From positions 64,509 through 128,508 of the IMG/VR virus record IMGVR_UViG_3300040801_001812: a DNA stretch of 64,000 nucleotides; one strand, written 5' to 3'. The stretch comes from a virus. The notes under the pieces were generated by a model. The model had not been told where the DNA came from. It ran no database searches and saw nothing but the letters and a program-made list of their open reading frames with translations. The translations under genes were made by a program, and so were the position numbers. Below are positions 27,201 to 36,679 of the stretch, piece after piece. The first letter of the stretch is position 1, and the number at the start of each line of letters is the position of its first letter.

Positions 27201-29907
27201 ATCCCCCACCGTCCAACACAACTGCTTGACCTTCTGTCGTTTCAATGGCGTCCACATCACGCAATAGCGTGCGGCCTTCTGAAGTACCGTTTACGGCGAC
27301 TCCCTCGGTAGATTTGATAGAAGGGACATAGCGTACGAAGAGTTCCGTCCCTTCCCCGATATTCAGATCCATCCCATCGCCTTCGGTAGACTCGACGCTA
27401 TCCAGGTGAAGAAAGCTAACCTTAGATGTATCAGCGGTTGTAACCGATACGGCTTTCCCTTCGGTAGACTCGATGCTTCCGATCTTCTCGAAGCGGGCAG
27501 TTGAAGTTCCTGAAGCAGTGACGACGACAGCGTCCCCCTCGGTGGAAGACACGCCGGAAGCCTCACGAATATCGATGATCGAGTCCCCTAAGACCGAAAG
27601 ATCCCATGCGGTCTCTTGCTCAGTTGTGCACTCGGAAAGAACCTCAACAACATAGCACCGCGAAGCGTCACTGGCCTGTACCTTAAGGGGTATCCCCTCA
27701 GAACTCTCAAACCCCTGGACGGCCCGGAACGTAGCAACAGCCCGACCGCTCAATGTAACATTGGCCCCGTCCCCTTCTTGGGATGTTAGAGCAGAGGTTA
27801 CGTCCCAAAACGCAACATCTGCGTTTCCATTCGCAGTGACCAACAGGGCGTCTCCCTGCTGGCTCTCAACCGTTCCGAGGGCTTTGAACCGGGCCTTTGC
27901 ACTGCCAAGTACCGTGAGGTTGAGAGCGTCGTCCTGCTGACTGGTGATTTCATCAACGTCACTGACGTACACCTCTCCGGTCTCGGAAACATGAAAGAAG
28001 GCCGCTTTCCCCTGTTGCGAAGTGATCGATGCCCACTCTCTAGCTTTCACACTACCCTTGATTTGCCCATTGAATGCGAAACTCTGTTGGGACTCAAGGG
28101 TCGCGATGTCTGTGGACCAAAACTGTCCTCCGTCTACCTCTAAGCTGAACGCCATCTCGTTTTGAGAGGAGATCTCCCCGATGTGATCGAACTGAACCTC
28201 TCCCGAGTCCTGTTGCCAGTCCAGAGCCATCGCCTTTTCGCTAGTGATACTCCCCACATTGAGGATGCGGAACTGCTTCAGGGCACCGGAGACAACCATC
28301 GCCTTGGCTTGGTCACTCGTGATCGTATCGATGTCATCCCACTCAGTTGGACCAGAACACCCAGATACCGTTACGCCGACACCCTGGCCTCCGTTGATCG
28401 TACCAATACTGGTCAAGATCCCCTTGGACTCAGTGATAGATAGTGCCCCATTTCCAGAGATATTATCGATGGAACGGAGGTCATACGTGCACGACGATAG
28501 TTCCACGCCAATACCGGACTCACCACCAAAGATGTTCCCGGTGATGTTGACACGGAGCTTACTGTCAGTCGCACTGATCCCGCCCAGCGTTCCTGTAATA
28601 TCCGCCCCACCCAAGTTTTCAAAGCGGGCACTATTGAGGTCCACAGCCACCCCGGATCCAGACGAGATCGTTGTCGTGTCTCCGAAGTAGATCTCGTGGT
28701 CTTCCGAGATCTGGAGGCACGTTCCCTGACCGCTAATCACGGTGTGAACGTTACGGAAGTAGGAGCGGGCCTGCCCGGTGAGGATCATGCACGTTCCTTG
28801 GCCAGAAGAAACCGTGATAACGTCGTTGAATTCGAAAGATGTAGCATCCCCCAGGAGGCAGGTACCTTGCCCGCAAGTGACCGAAATCGCGCCGTTGACG
28901 TAGACCTTTGAATCGGTAGCGTCGATACACGTCCCCTGACCGGCTGTGATGTTCTCGACCAGCGTGCACCGCACACGGGCGTTGTCTAGTACCATAGTAG
29001 TACCAGTACCCGAAGAAAGAGACTGGCCATCCCGCATGAAGAACTCGGAGTCAGTGATCTCCAGGCAATTTGCCTGACCAGAACTGATAACGTCTACCTC
29101 GTGTGCCTCAAATTTACTGTCGCTCTCCAGAGTAATCGTAACACCTGTAGTAGCCATAATGCCTGCCATGTTGTAGGCACGCACGTGGCTGTTGTTCTTC
29201 GCAACAATGGCCTTGGCCATATCCGCCGACAGGGTCTCGCTGTTGTTAAGGTTAAGCAGGCAGTCTGTATCGACTTCGAAGAAGACGTCCTCTGGGGCGT
29301 TGCTCAGATCACACTGGTCCACGTAGATCTTGCAATGGTTGGTAGCCTTGACAAAGTGGCTGTCAGTCTCGTCGAACGTGCAGCGACGGAACTTCACGTC
29401 ACAGTAGTCTTCGAAAGTCAGGGCGACCTCGAAGTCGCACTCGATGAATTCCACCCGGCAGTTCTCACCGATCTCGATGGGGTCATCGGCCTCGAAGGTA
29501 CACTGGTGAAAGATGACGTTGCAGTTGTCGCGGATCTCGAAGGTTTCAGTGAACTTACATTGGGTGAAGTGGAGACCGTTGTTGCCGTAGGGCGGGAAGG
29601 GTTCTTGGTTGACGTCGGTCTCACGTGTGTCCTCTTCCAGCCGGTCACCCTCGACTCCGAAGTGGAACTTCTCTTTGAAGAAGCACCCTCTGAACGTCCA
29701 GTCCATGTGACCCTCGAACCACACCTCTTCCTTTTTGAATACCTTACCCTTCAGCGTGATGCTGGTCATCTCGTGATCGGAAAACCGATAATACGCATAC
29801 AGGTCGCGGATGTCGCCTGTAGCGGTCGTAAGCTCCTTAGCGAGATCTTTTATGCCAGCATCCTGCTGCTGGCCATATGAAGTTTCAGGTACGTCTGTGT
29901 CAGCCAT
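24238..29907 (-). CDS. giant acidic beta-helix protein, putative central spike extension or fibre
   Basis: Continuous 16-26-aa beta-solenoid repeats; C-terminal gp5-like short repeats; follows the spike gene. Start set at ATG 29907. Confidence 0.75.
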   Translation of the reverse strand: MADTDVPETSYGQQQDAGIKDLAKELTTATGDIRDLYAYYRFSDHEMTSITLKGKVFKKEEVWFEGHMDWTFRGCFFKEKFHFGVEGDRLEEDTRETDVNQEPFPPYGNNGLHFTQCKFTETFEIRDNCNVIFHQCTFEADDPIEIGENCRVEFIECDFEVALTFEDYCDVKFRRCTFDETDSHFVKATNHCKIYVDQCDLSNAPEDVFFEVDTDCLLNLNNSETLSADMAKAIVAKNNSHVRAYNMAGIMATTGVTITLESDSKFEAHEVDVISSGQANCLEITDSEFFMRDGQSLSSGTGTTMVLDNARVRCTLVENITAGQGTCIDATDSKVYVNGAISVTCGQGTCLLGDATSFEFNDVITVSSGQGTCMILTGQARSYFRNVHTVISGQGTCLQISEDHEIYFGDTTTISSGSGVAVDLNSARFENLGGADITGTLGGISATDSKLRVNITGNIFGGESGIGVELSSCTYDLRSIDNISGNGALSITESKGILTSIGTINGGQGVGVTVSGCSGPTEWDDIDTITSDQAKAMVVSGALKQFRILNVGSITSEKAMALDWQQDSGEVQFDHIGEISSQNEMAFSLEVDGGQFWSTDIATLESQQSFAFNGQIKGSVKAREWASITSQQGKAAFFHVSETGEVYVSDVDEITSQQDDALNLTVLGSAKARFKALGTVESQQGDALLVTANGNADVAFWDVTSALTSQEGDGANVTLSGRAVATFRAVQGFESSEGIPLKVQASDASRCYVVEVLSECTTEQETAWDLSVLGDSIIDIREASGVSSTEGDAVVVTASGTSTARFEKIGSIESTEGKAVSVTTADTSKVSFLHLDSVESTEGDGMDLNIGEGTELFVRYVPSIKSTEGVAVNGTSEGRTLLRDVDAIETTEGQAVVLDGGGSTGSFVELRDIGTITASEPSGDLVSITATAHIRLVNIPTLDAGTTSGYIAYLQSNGAGLGKIELVDVVNFTASECQGGVHLHECGDVQMHCTSEKGTVVADTGSEHLVYAHDVSGVIANYASFENTDGSLNGVYADGCPYMRLENIDSVRGKKALHAHNCTELFIVNCPSWTAPDSGETSVHVDGVIDLHVLGDQTTVVEAQDQDTKALDILNGEGITTVEMTKVDVTASKGKVSITDSNVHLKYCNLNGSVSFEKCTGEAIETTLTCGFSLDQCQYSLYNSTIDLGANDGPDKTLTLNSCVFYIYDSELTGEEEVNITNSVFEAIRCSTPLVGAETWSVTGSVVRGVYANWDAGVDAVSDSVLQFSKVTSEKKVTLTGSSQVLEGSGFDCDELDLAGNDSSVVLNRVQITGDLSSGAMAALIINNGQIGGTTELDTHAALLVNNAAFENVSTEAESALLLNRVEVAASENAGSSSFLVNRAAGDEFIFGDDCGVVSGHIVSDEISFGNDASWVDVGSEVAYTTFGENAGLMFAGSELDQFNVGRYSGVVGSRWDSSGGDAVIGDGSGVIIARSTFSDNLTVYLTSGVISARSEGGIVTGSGDIGVITARHNSELTCHGDKIGLICARQPHNINMQNGGAALLASLEGRIQFAGSVVGADLDEVDGCPQTVVAKGDKIQSGTDAIGVGITDMVGSNFTTALAVGCGATGEFKASDGVVLVGGSFYNSRGDGDFLSVGADGLLFGGGDGGLMVGGTASMICDKGVAFIGSDGTGGIISGGGALHVGGTKNAASSTYGGGVCSVGVTGYTRVYPEAGGIAVGCTGDLLNQAACLGVGGGVSIDHGYEGYTAVSSVAVGNTPSTSSFGGRGTALTVNGTDATQPGVVGKTGAYFHRDYAWIHNNWQELAGDSTSIQWGTAADKGELAMGGADVTVTALNAIDIGATNYGIDIHADSSANGDITIDAANDLLLQSAGDHSSVGGTAPTHSP

Positions 29908-29909
29908 TG

Positions 29910-31184
29910 CTACCACCTATCGGGGTCTTCATCTCGCCGGAATCCGTCCCAGTTGTCGTCATCATCTTCAGGCCAGAAGTTACGGGTCTGGCCGTTGTCG
30001 TGGTTGTCCACGAAGGTCATCTGGTCGCCACCGATGTGACGGATCTCACCTTCGATCTCTAGGTCTCCTCGGACCCGGATTTGTGGGGCTTCAAGTTCGA
30101 TAGCTCGATCTGACGAAATTTGGATGTGGTCCAGCCCCTGGATATCCAGCCGGGAGGACACGGCGTCAAAGGTAATCCGTCCGACGACGGTTCCTCCTTC
30201 AAGATAAAGGAGCTGGAGTCGTTGCTCTCCTTCGTCAAGCTCAACAGCCATTCGTGTAGCTTGTAGCTCACGAGCACGACTTTTGGAAAACGTCGTGGCT
30301 GGAGAAGTCTGGAGACTAATGCTGTCGTTTCCATGCTTACCAGACTCCATTTCTAACCCCGTGCCTGCTCCCGTCATCAGAGAGACGCGTTGGGCCGGGT
30401 CAATGAGACTATCAAGCCCCATAGGCTCTAGCTGGGAGACTGAGTTCATCCCGCGCCGGATGACGCCGTCTTCCTGCAACTCGGTGCTTGCTTCGAACCG
30501 AAGCTCAGAGCCGAGACGGTCAATGAGGAAGAACTCTTCGACCTCATCTCGCTCTTTGACCATCATTGTAGCACCCTTCAGAGTCTTGAAGAACATCTGA
30601 ATGTCGGGCGTGTGGTCGAGCATCTCGACTAACTCTAGCGGGATCTCTGGCCCCTGCTCCTCTGTCCAGTGCCCACCGTAGGGTGTGGGTTTCGGGGGGT
30701 AGCGGTAGTCGCCCCCTGGATTGCCGTTCTCATCGAACCCCGGCTCATCCTCATGCTGGGTATTCGGTGGCGTGATTGTCGTCTTTGTGACGCCATAACG
30801 CCTACGCCGAGGAGAGTTGGCGTACCAGCCTCCGAAGTAGAGCGGCTGATCTACGTGACCTCGTTCATAGAGCACAAAAACCCGCGACCCCACAGGGGGC
30901 ACCGTGAAGGAGCCAAACCCCATTCCCGCCCCGGCAGGAAAGAGCGGGTCGCACCACGTGAGATCGAAGGTGGCTGTACGTGGCACATTCGTGTTCGCCA
31001 CCTGCATCTCGGGGCCGTCTTCTACTACACGGACAAGCACGCGCCCCCTGCGTTCCGGGTCGCGGGTGTACTCTACAACGCCTCGGCAGATATAAGGGCG
31101 GGTGCTATGCCTGCCCTCCTGAAACATCCAATCAGACACGAAGTTGTGGGCGTTCTCTAGGTCGCGTTTAATGATCTTGTGCAT
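29910..31184 (-). CDS. gp5: baseplate central spike, gp5/VgrG/gpV-like
   Basis: OB-fold motif G.V....DPE.RGRV.VRV...W......G.G.F.VPPVGS.V.V.YE.G....P.Y.G. Confidence 0.88.
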   Translation of the reverse strand: MHKIIKRDLENAHNFVSDWMFQEGRHSTRPYICRGVVEYTRDPERRGRVLVRVVEDGPEMQVANTNVPRTATFDLTWCDPLFPAGAGMGFGSFTVPPVGSRVFVLYERGHVDQPLYFGGWYANSPRRRRYGVTKTTITPPNTQHEDEPGFDENGNPGGDYRYPPKPTPYGGHWTEEQGPEIPLELVEMLDHTPDIQMFFKTLKGATMMVKERDEVEEFFLIDRLGSELRFEASTELQEDGVIRRGMNSVSQLEPMGLDSLIDPAQRVSLMTGAGTGLEMESGKHGNDSISLQTSPATTFSKSRARELQATRMAVELDEGEQRLQLLYLEGGTVVGRITFDAVSSRLDIQGLDHIQISSDRAIELEAPQIRVRGDLEIEGEIRHIGGDQMTFVDNHDNGQTRNFWPEDDDDNWDGFRRDEDPDRW

Positions 31185-32723
31185 TTACGCCCCCAACCTG
31201 TCCAAGCTCTCCTCGTCCATCGTTTCGATCAAAGTGTTGTACAGCGCCTTGGTCGCCGTACCCCCCTTACCGTACGAGCCATTTCGAACTAAATCTAAGC
31301 TCGTAGTATACATCCCGCTAGCAATCTGATGGACTACCCCGCGTACCTGCCACATACTTGATGTCCAATGGATCCGGAACTCATCGTTCTCAGCCGGAAC
31401 GAACACATAAACAGCAACCAGCGAGGGGGGTTGGATGTAAGGGTCACCAAAGATCTGGAGCGTGGCTCGGTTCACGTACTTGTGGGCTGACAGCCAAACG
31501 TTCATGTACTCGCGATCAGCGAAAAAGCGGTTATTAACCGGGGAAACATGCTCTACACTAGGGGCGTCTGGGTCACTTTTTTCCTGAGGAGCGACCTGTT
31601 GGGGTCCAGTAGTCGCCCCCTCGATGACCCCGTCTTCCTCTTCTTTTTCAGGTTCACCTTCCTGTAGCGTACCCAACTCGGCCAGGGTCATACCGGTAGT
31701 CGGACGACGGTGACCGAAGTACTTAACCTTCCGGTCAACTTCAGAGTACGAATGGAAAGCCATCTCCCCATGTCGGGCATCGTCATTTCGGGTGTAAACC
31801 CCGGCAGCACCAGACGATACAACCACCTGGGCAAGCAACGTCGGTGCAAAAGCCAAAACATCCGAATGTGGATCCCGCATGTAAACGTACTTCCGTTCAG
31901 GACGGATCATCATGTCCTCAGGGCCGAAGTAAAGGTACCCCTTCACATTCCCTGGGCGAAGACCACCTTCAGTGCGTTGCCCATCGGCCCGGTATTCTAG
32001 CCTACACGAGAACCCCTGGTACTTCGGTCCTTGCGGTCGTGAGTACCCACACAACCTCTGAATGAACGCGTAGGGGTCTTCCCCCGGACGCATCTTGAAC
32101 CCCCGAGGAGCTTCTTCCGTACTTTCGACGGACTGCCCGGTGTCGAGGAGAAGTTCTGGGCGCTTATCTTCGGGTAGCTCCTCCACCTCTTCAGGCTCTA
32201 ACATCGGGCGGAATTCCCACCCCTGGTGATCGCACACACGCTTCACAATGTCATAAATGCTCGCCGAGTAGAACGTACGCTTGTCAACAGCGTAGTTCAT
32301 TTTTCCACTACGCAGTGAGTAACCCTCGATGGTGTAAGACGTTCCGTGTGGTTGATACTCTGGGGTAAACCGGGCAACCGTTCCTACGTAGTACTCCTCC
32401 CCGCTAGGCGGATTGGAGAGCACTTTTCCGTCTTGCGAAACGTACCCATACTTGAACATGGCCCCTGTCGTTATTTCTTTTTCCGCACCATCGCCCTCTT
32501 GCTCACGTGCCCGCGCCAAGTCGAAAATTAGCTCTTCCACCTCAGTGTACGCAGGGTCAAAAACCTCAAGAACCCAGGATCCTTTTCCATACAGGGAAAC
32601 TGTGTGCGTGAAGGAAACTAACTCACGGGGCCGACCATCGCTACTACGCAGCAGGTCAACGCCCCCGAGGAAGAACTCCACGAAGGGTGTGTAGGTCTGG
32701 TACATGGCTGGGCGTTCAGGCAT
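31185..32723 (-). CDS. baseplate hub (gp27 / phage late control D-like)
   Basis: Position between gp53 and gp5; ATLQIFGDP.I.P and W.V..V.H.I..G.YTT.L.L.R motifs. Confidence 0.75.
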   Translation of the reverse strand: MPERPAMYQTYTPFVEFFLGGVDLLRSSDGRPRELVSFTHTVSLYGKGSWVLEVFDPAYTEVEELIFDLARAREQEGDGAEKEITTGAMFKYGYVSQDGKVLSNPPSGEEYYVGTVARFTPEYQPHGTSYTIEGYSLRSGKMNYAVDKRTFYSASIYDIVKRVCDHQGWEFRPMLEPEEVEELPEDKRPELLLDTGQSVESTEEAPRGFKMRPGEDPYAFIQRLCGYSRPQGPKYQGFSCRLEYRADGQRTEGGLRPGNVKGYLYFGPEDMMIRPERKYVYMRDPHSDVLAFAPTLLAQVVVSSGAAGVYTRNDDARHGEMAFHSYSEVDRKVKYFGHRRPTTGMTLAELGTLQEGEPEKEEEDGVIEGATTGPQQVAPQEKSDPDAPSVEHVSPVNNRFFADREYMNVWLSAHKYVNRATLQIFGDPYIQPPSLVAVYVFVPAENDEFRIHWTSSMWQVRGVVHQIASGMYTTSLDLVRNGSYGKGGTATKALYNTLIETMDEESLDRLGA

Positions 32724-33085
32724 TAGGCTTTCACTCCAAACTCAGCAAGACGCCGAAGGGTCGGGATCCGCAACGTCATACCAGGATACATCTGCTCGAA
32801 AGGATCGTTGATCCCGTTAACCCACAGGATAACCCAATAGTACGCCGGGGTCTTGTAGTGCATATACGAAATGAGGTCTGGACGCGCCACGTGACCAGCC
32901 TCTAGGATGTATAGGCTATCCGTAGAGTGGGGAGGGATCTCTACAGGAGGGAACGTACCAAGGAAATACCGCCCCTCAGCGTCCTGGTAGGCCCAGGACT
33001 TCTCGTAACGACCTGGGCTGTGTCTCTTAGCCTGTGGGATCTTTCCCTTCGTTAGAGGCGTCAGGAGCGTTTTTGTGATAGGCAT
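32723..33085 (-). CDS. gp53: LysM-like baseplate wedge protein gp53
   Basis: RPDLISY..Y....Y.WVIL..N.I.DPF....G..LRIP. Confidence 0.85.
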   Translation of the reverse strand: MPITKTLLTPLTKGKIPQAKRHSPGRYEKSWAYQDAEGRYFLGTFPPVEIPPHSTDSLYILEAGHVARPDLISYMHYKTPAYYWVILWVNGINDPFEQMYPGMTLRIPTLRRLAEFGVKA

Positions 33086-33086
33086 A

Positions 33087-33695
33087 CTACACCACCAGTG
33101 GGATATCTACGTACTGGGTAGAACCGCTCTGTTCGAAACGTTGGTTTTCCCCGGATTTCGCTTGAGCGTGATCGTGCGGATGGCCGATCTCGTCCTCGTT
33201 CATACCGTACTCCTGGAATTGACAGTCCACTTGAGCACGGAACGGGGTAGCTGTTGATTCCGTGAACGCCCACGGACCCATCCACGCGGTGTTAACCGAC
33301 GTCATAACCGCCTGCATCCCGATAGCCACCCCAACAACCACGAGTAGCCGATGGGGCGGGTAGACAAAGCCGTCCTCGTACTCGGGGTAAACCTTGGACT
33401 CTAGCCAGCGTACTTGCTCAACTATCCACTCAGGGGAGTATTTCCCAGACGGGTGGGTGGCTGTGAACTGGAGGCTCAGCCCCATCGCTCTGGATGTCGA
33501 TGAACCGTACCCAAGTAGAGGAAGACTCCGTCCTACGATAGGTACCTCGTGGTACATTGCGCTCTTGTTCTCAGAGATGATATCTGGCATGAGCTGGAAT
33601 TCAAGCCTATCGTCCCCGTCTAAATCGAGGATGAAGCAATACGCCTCAGGCGATAATACCCGTGCGTGCCCCCGCCCGCCATCATAGTCAGCCAT
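33087..33695 (-). CDS. tail tube initiator / CIS tube-like protein
   Basis: FQ..P..I...K.A.Y....I.GR..P...Y.....R...L.L.F, YPP...L pattern; follows the tape measure gene. Confidence 0.75.
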   Translation of the reverse strand: MADYDGGRGHARVLSPEAYCFILDLDGDDRLEFQLMPDIISENKSAMYHEVPIVGRSLPLLGYGSSTSRAMGLSLQFTATHPSGKYSPEWIVEQVRWLESKVYPEYEDGFVYPPHRLLVVVGVAIGMQAVMTSVNTAWMGPWAFTESTATPFRAQVDCQFQEYGMNEDEIGHPHDHAQAKSGENQRFEQSGSTQYVDIPLVV

Positions 33696-36418
33696 TAGCC
33701 TCTTCCTTCACGGCGCATCAGGAACCTGTCGCCGTCCTCATAGTTGCCCCGGACAAACTTCTCTTGAGATTTTTTCTCTGGAGTACCTGTGACAGTAGGG
33801 GGCGCTGCTGTGTTGTTTGCAATTCGCATAAGCAACTGCTTCATCTCGCGTTGAAGACCAGTCTGCTTAGCCGATTCTGGGTTCTCCAAGGTAACGGACA
33901 TTTCCTGAATCTGACGAACAGTGTCTGCGGCAGCGGCTTTCATCGCCTCTATCTCAGCAGTAACATCAGACTGCCCGACAGCAGGGGTCGCCATCTTTTC
34001 AGGAACTGAAACCACGGGAACAGTTTCTTGGGCAGCTTCCGAAATCTCAGTAATAGTGGGTACTGTCTCTCTAACCACGGGAACAGTTTCTTGGGCAGCT
34101 TCCGAAATCCCAGTAGCGGAAACTGTTTCTTCAGAACGCTTCTTGAGCGTGTTTGCAATAGCTTGGTCAGTTAAACCAGCTTCCCTCATCGCAGAAATTT
34201 CAGTCGCAAGATCAGCAACTTCAGGAGAATTCACTACGTCATTGAGTGTAGGGGACTCTATAGTGGGGGCATCCTCCTCCCCACCAAACAAGCCTTTAGC
34301 CCAACCAAGTAGCCCCGTAGTGGCCCGCGCCCCCTCTTCCATAACCACACCCGGAGCCATTTTCCCACCCGCATAGATATCCTTGAAAGCGTTTTTACCT
34401 TCTTCAAACGCCCGTTTTTCTGCGAGCTGAATTTCAGTGTCCGTAAGCCCCTCTGATTTCAGTCGGTCACGAACCTTAGCCAAGTCTTCGGGGGCTACAA
34501 CATCCTCCATACTCTGTGCCCCGTGGAATTTGTTGAGAGCGTACGCCCCGGTAGCCCCCCGGATAGCCGTGTGCTCAAGGAACCCACCTTCAAGTGCCTT
34601 CCCAAAAGCACCCGCTCCAGGGACATCTAGCTTACCGACAGCCCCACCAATAGCTTTCGAAGCAGTAACCGCAGCCTCACCGGACACGACTCCCGCAACA
34701 CCGGAAGACCACAGACCCCCAGAAGCTCGGTCCTGTTCGATGAACCACTGTGCCATCCCGCCCACAGCAGCGTCAAAACCTTCGACCGCGTCAGAGAAGA
34801 TATTGACAGTCTTCTCACCAGGGATGATAAGTCCTTCTTGGAGACTGCCCATGAGCTGCTCGGTACGTTCCGCAGCCGTATCACGAATCATTGCCTCACT
34901 TAGCTCAAGAGTACCTGCTGCCTTTTCATCAGCCGCTGCTACTAACTCTTGGGCAGTCCCCCCTGTTCCTTCCCCAGTCGTACGAACACCCTCCTGCATA
35001 CGCAGAAGCATCTCAGGACTCAACCCAGTCATTTCTTGGAAAGCCCCACGTTCAACAGCATCCCGCATATTAAGTTCGCCGAAAACCTTTGGTAGGGCTG
35101 TCGTTAGCGTGTCGATAAGACGCGCTTGCCCATTCGGGTCATTCATGATGTCTTGGACATCTACGTTCATCCCCGCAGCATCAAAAATACCCTGCATCCG
35201 GGCAACCTGCTCAGGGCTGTCATACAGTTGTTGCATCAACTCGGCTGGAGTACTGGCATCCAACCCCATGGTCTTCGCGGAAGCCGCAGCAGCCATAGAC
35301 GACTCAACAAAGGCTGTTCGAGCGTCTCGGCTGAACATGATCATCTGGTCACCAGCCTGCTGAAGTACTCCGAACAACTCGGGCAGTTCAGCCGCCGTGT
35401 TGTGAGCCAAATACGCCATCTCATCCATGGCTTTTGTAAACTCTTCGGGGGTGAGTGCTCCAAGACGGGTGGTCTGGTCATAGAGCATAGCAAGCTCTTC
35501 GCCCGCAAGACCTGTGGCCTTCTGCAACCCGTAAATCTCGTCAATAAGCGGGGCCATGACGTCATTCGGAACAGCCCGCAATTGCATGAATACGTCCATA
35601 AGGGGCTGAACGTTAGACATGGTGGTGTTCGCTTGGACTGTCACATCTTGGAGAAGCTCGGGCATATCTCCCCAGATATCCGTTCCACGCATCCGCGCTG
35701 CTTCGATCTGTCGCTCCTGCACTTCAGAACCGATCACACCCAACGTACCCGCTGACGCGACATTTACCGCGTCTCGGATGCCCATAGTGACCTCGTCCAC
35801 AGCTTCTGTGACGCCCTGAACACGGCTCTTCATTCGCTCGACTACCCCACCGCCGTCTTCGAGCATCTTCAGCCGGTCTTCTTCCAGCTTGTTGATGTCC
35901 TCCAACGTGTCTGGGTAGTCGTCAAGTGTGGCGTGCAAATTCTCAAACGCCGGGATAACCTTCGTGTTAAGGCTGTCGTGCGCTACTGCGGAGATAGACC
36001 GCGCTTTGCTCGATACCGCTTTCTGGGTGCTGGCCATCCCCTTGAAGGTTCGGTTTAGCTTGCCTAGATCGTCATCCAGTTCCCCCATCTTGCTCGACGC
36101 ACCCTGAGAGTACATCGAGTCTTCGATGGCTTGTCCAATCTTCTGAGAACTCTGGGTTGCCGTGTCCCCGGTCTCACGGAAGGACTCTGCGACACCGTCA
36201 AGTTCTTTTTTCAGTGAGGCAGTGCTCTCCTGTACGTCGCTAGACATCTTAGACGCAGAAGAACCGACCTTCCCGCCACCCTGCTGAATCTCATCCACCA
36301 TTTGGGAGACGGCTTCACGGGTAGTGCGGGAATGTCGTTCGATCTTCTGAAGCTCAGGCGTGACCTTATCGTCTAGCTGCGCCTTCATCGAAAGGGATTG
36401 GTCGAGATCCGGTGTCAC
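33695..36418 (-). CDS. tape measure protein
   Basis: Long alpha-helical Ala/Glu/Gln-rich protein after the chaperone; L.D.VTP.L..I N-terminal motif. Confidence 0.85.
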   Translation of the reverse strand: MTPDLDQSLSMKAQLDDKVTPELQKIERHSRTTREAVSQMVDEIQQGGGKVGSSASKMSSDVQESTASLKKELDGVAESFRETGDTATQSSQKIGQAIEDSMYSQGASSKMGELDDDLGKLNRTFKGMASTQKAVSSKARSISAVAHDSLNTKVIPAFENLHATLDDYPDTLEDINKLEEDRLKMLEDGGGVVERMKSRVQGVTEAVDEVTMGIRDAVNVASAGTLGVIGSEVQERQIEAARMRGTDIWGDMPELLQDVTVQANTTMSNVQPLMDVFMQLRAVPNDVMAPLIDEIYGLQKATGLAGEELAMLYDQTTRLGALTPEEFTKAMDEMAYLAHNTAAELPELFGVLQQAGDQMIMFSRDARTAFVESSMAAAASAKTMGLDASTPAELMQQLYDSPEQVARMQGIFDAAGMNVDVQDIMNDPNGQARLIDTLTTALPKVFGELNMRDAVERGAFQEMTGLSPEMLLRMQEGVRTTGEGTGGTAQELVAAADEKAAGTLELSEAMIRDTAAERTEQLMGSLQEGLIIPGEKTVNIFSDAVEGFDAAVGGMAQWFIEQDRASGGLWSSGVAGVVSGEAAVTASKAIGGAVGKLDVPGAGAFGKALEGGFLEHTAIRGATGAYALNKFHGAQSMEDVVAPEDLAKVRDRLKSEGLTDTEIQLAEKRAFEEGKNAFKDIYAGGKMAPGVVMEEGARATTGLLGWAKGLFGGEEDAPTIESPTLNDVVNSPEVADLATEISAMREAGLTDQAIANTLKKRSEETVSATGISEAAQETVPVVRETVPTITEISEAAQETVPVVSVPEKMATPAVGQSDVTAEIEAMKAAAADTVRQIQEMSVTLENPESAKQTGLQREMKQLLMRIANNTAAPPTVTGTPEKKSQEKFVRGNYEDGDRFLMRREGRG
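34010..34109. repeat. 37-bp exact direct repeat, period 63 bp, in the tape measure gene
   Basis: aaccacgggaacagtttcttgggcagcttccgaaatc at 34010 and 34073 (ISEAAQETVPVV). Confidence 0.9.
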
Positions 36419-36421
36419 GGC

Positions 36422-36679
36422 TTACTCCAAAGGAGGAGGCTCTTTAGCGCCTCCTGCTGCTCGTTTGATCACTCCTGCTGACGCGCCGAGGAGCATGGCG
36501 TCGAGCTTGAGCTTCTCCAACGCCGCTTCCGACTCCTTCACCTCGATCAGCTTCTTGTGGTGGTACGTCAGTTCCGCTAGGTCCATCGTCATGATCTCCT
36601 GGTTGCTCATCCCCAGGTAGTACATCAGGTCGAACTTCATCGCCCACTGGTCCTTCAAGCTCCTCATCTGAGAGGCGAA
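36422..36679 (-). CDS. second tail-assembly-chaperone frame (gp51/gpT-like), overlapping in the +1 frame
   Basis: F.LMYYLGMS.QEI..M.L.E..Y....L.E pattern typical of the downstream chaperone half; ends 3 nt before the tape measure start. Confidence 0.7.
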   Translation of the reverse strand, partial: FASQMRSLKDQWAMKFDLMYYLGMSNQEIMTMDLAELTYHHKKLIEVKESEAALEKLKLDAMLLGASAGVIKRAAGGAKEPPPLE

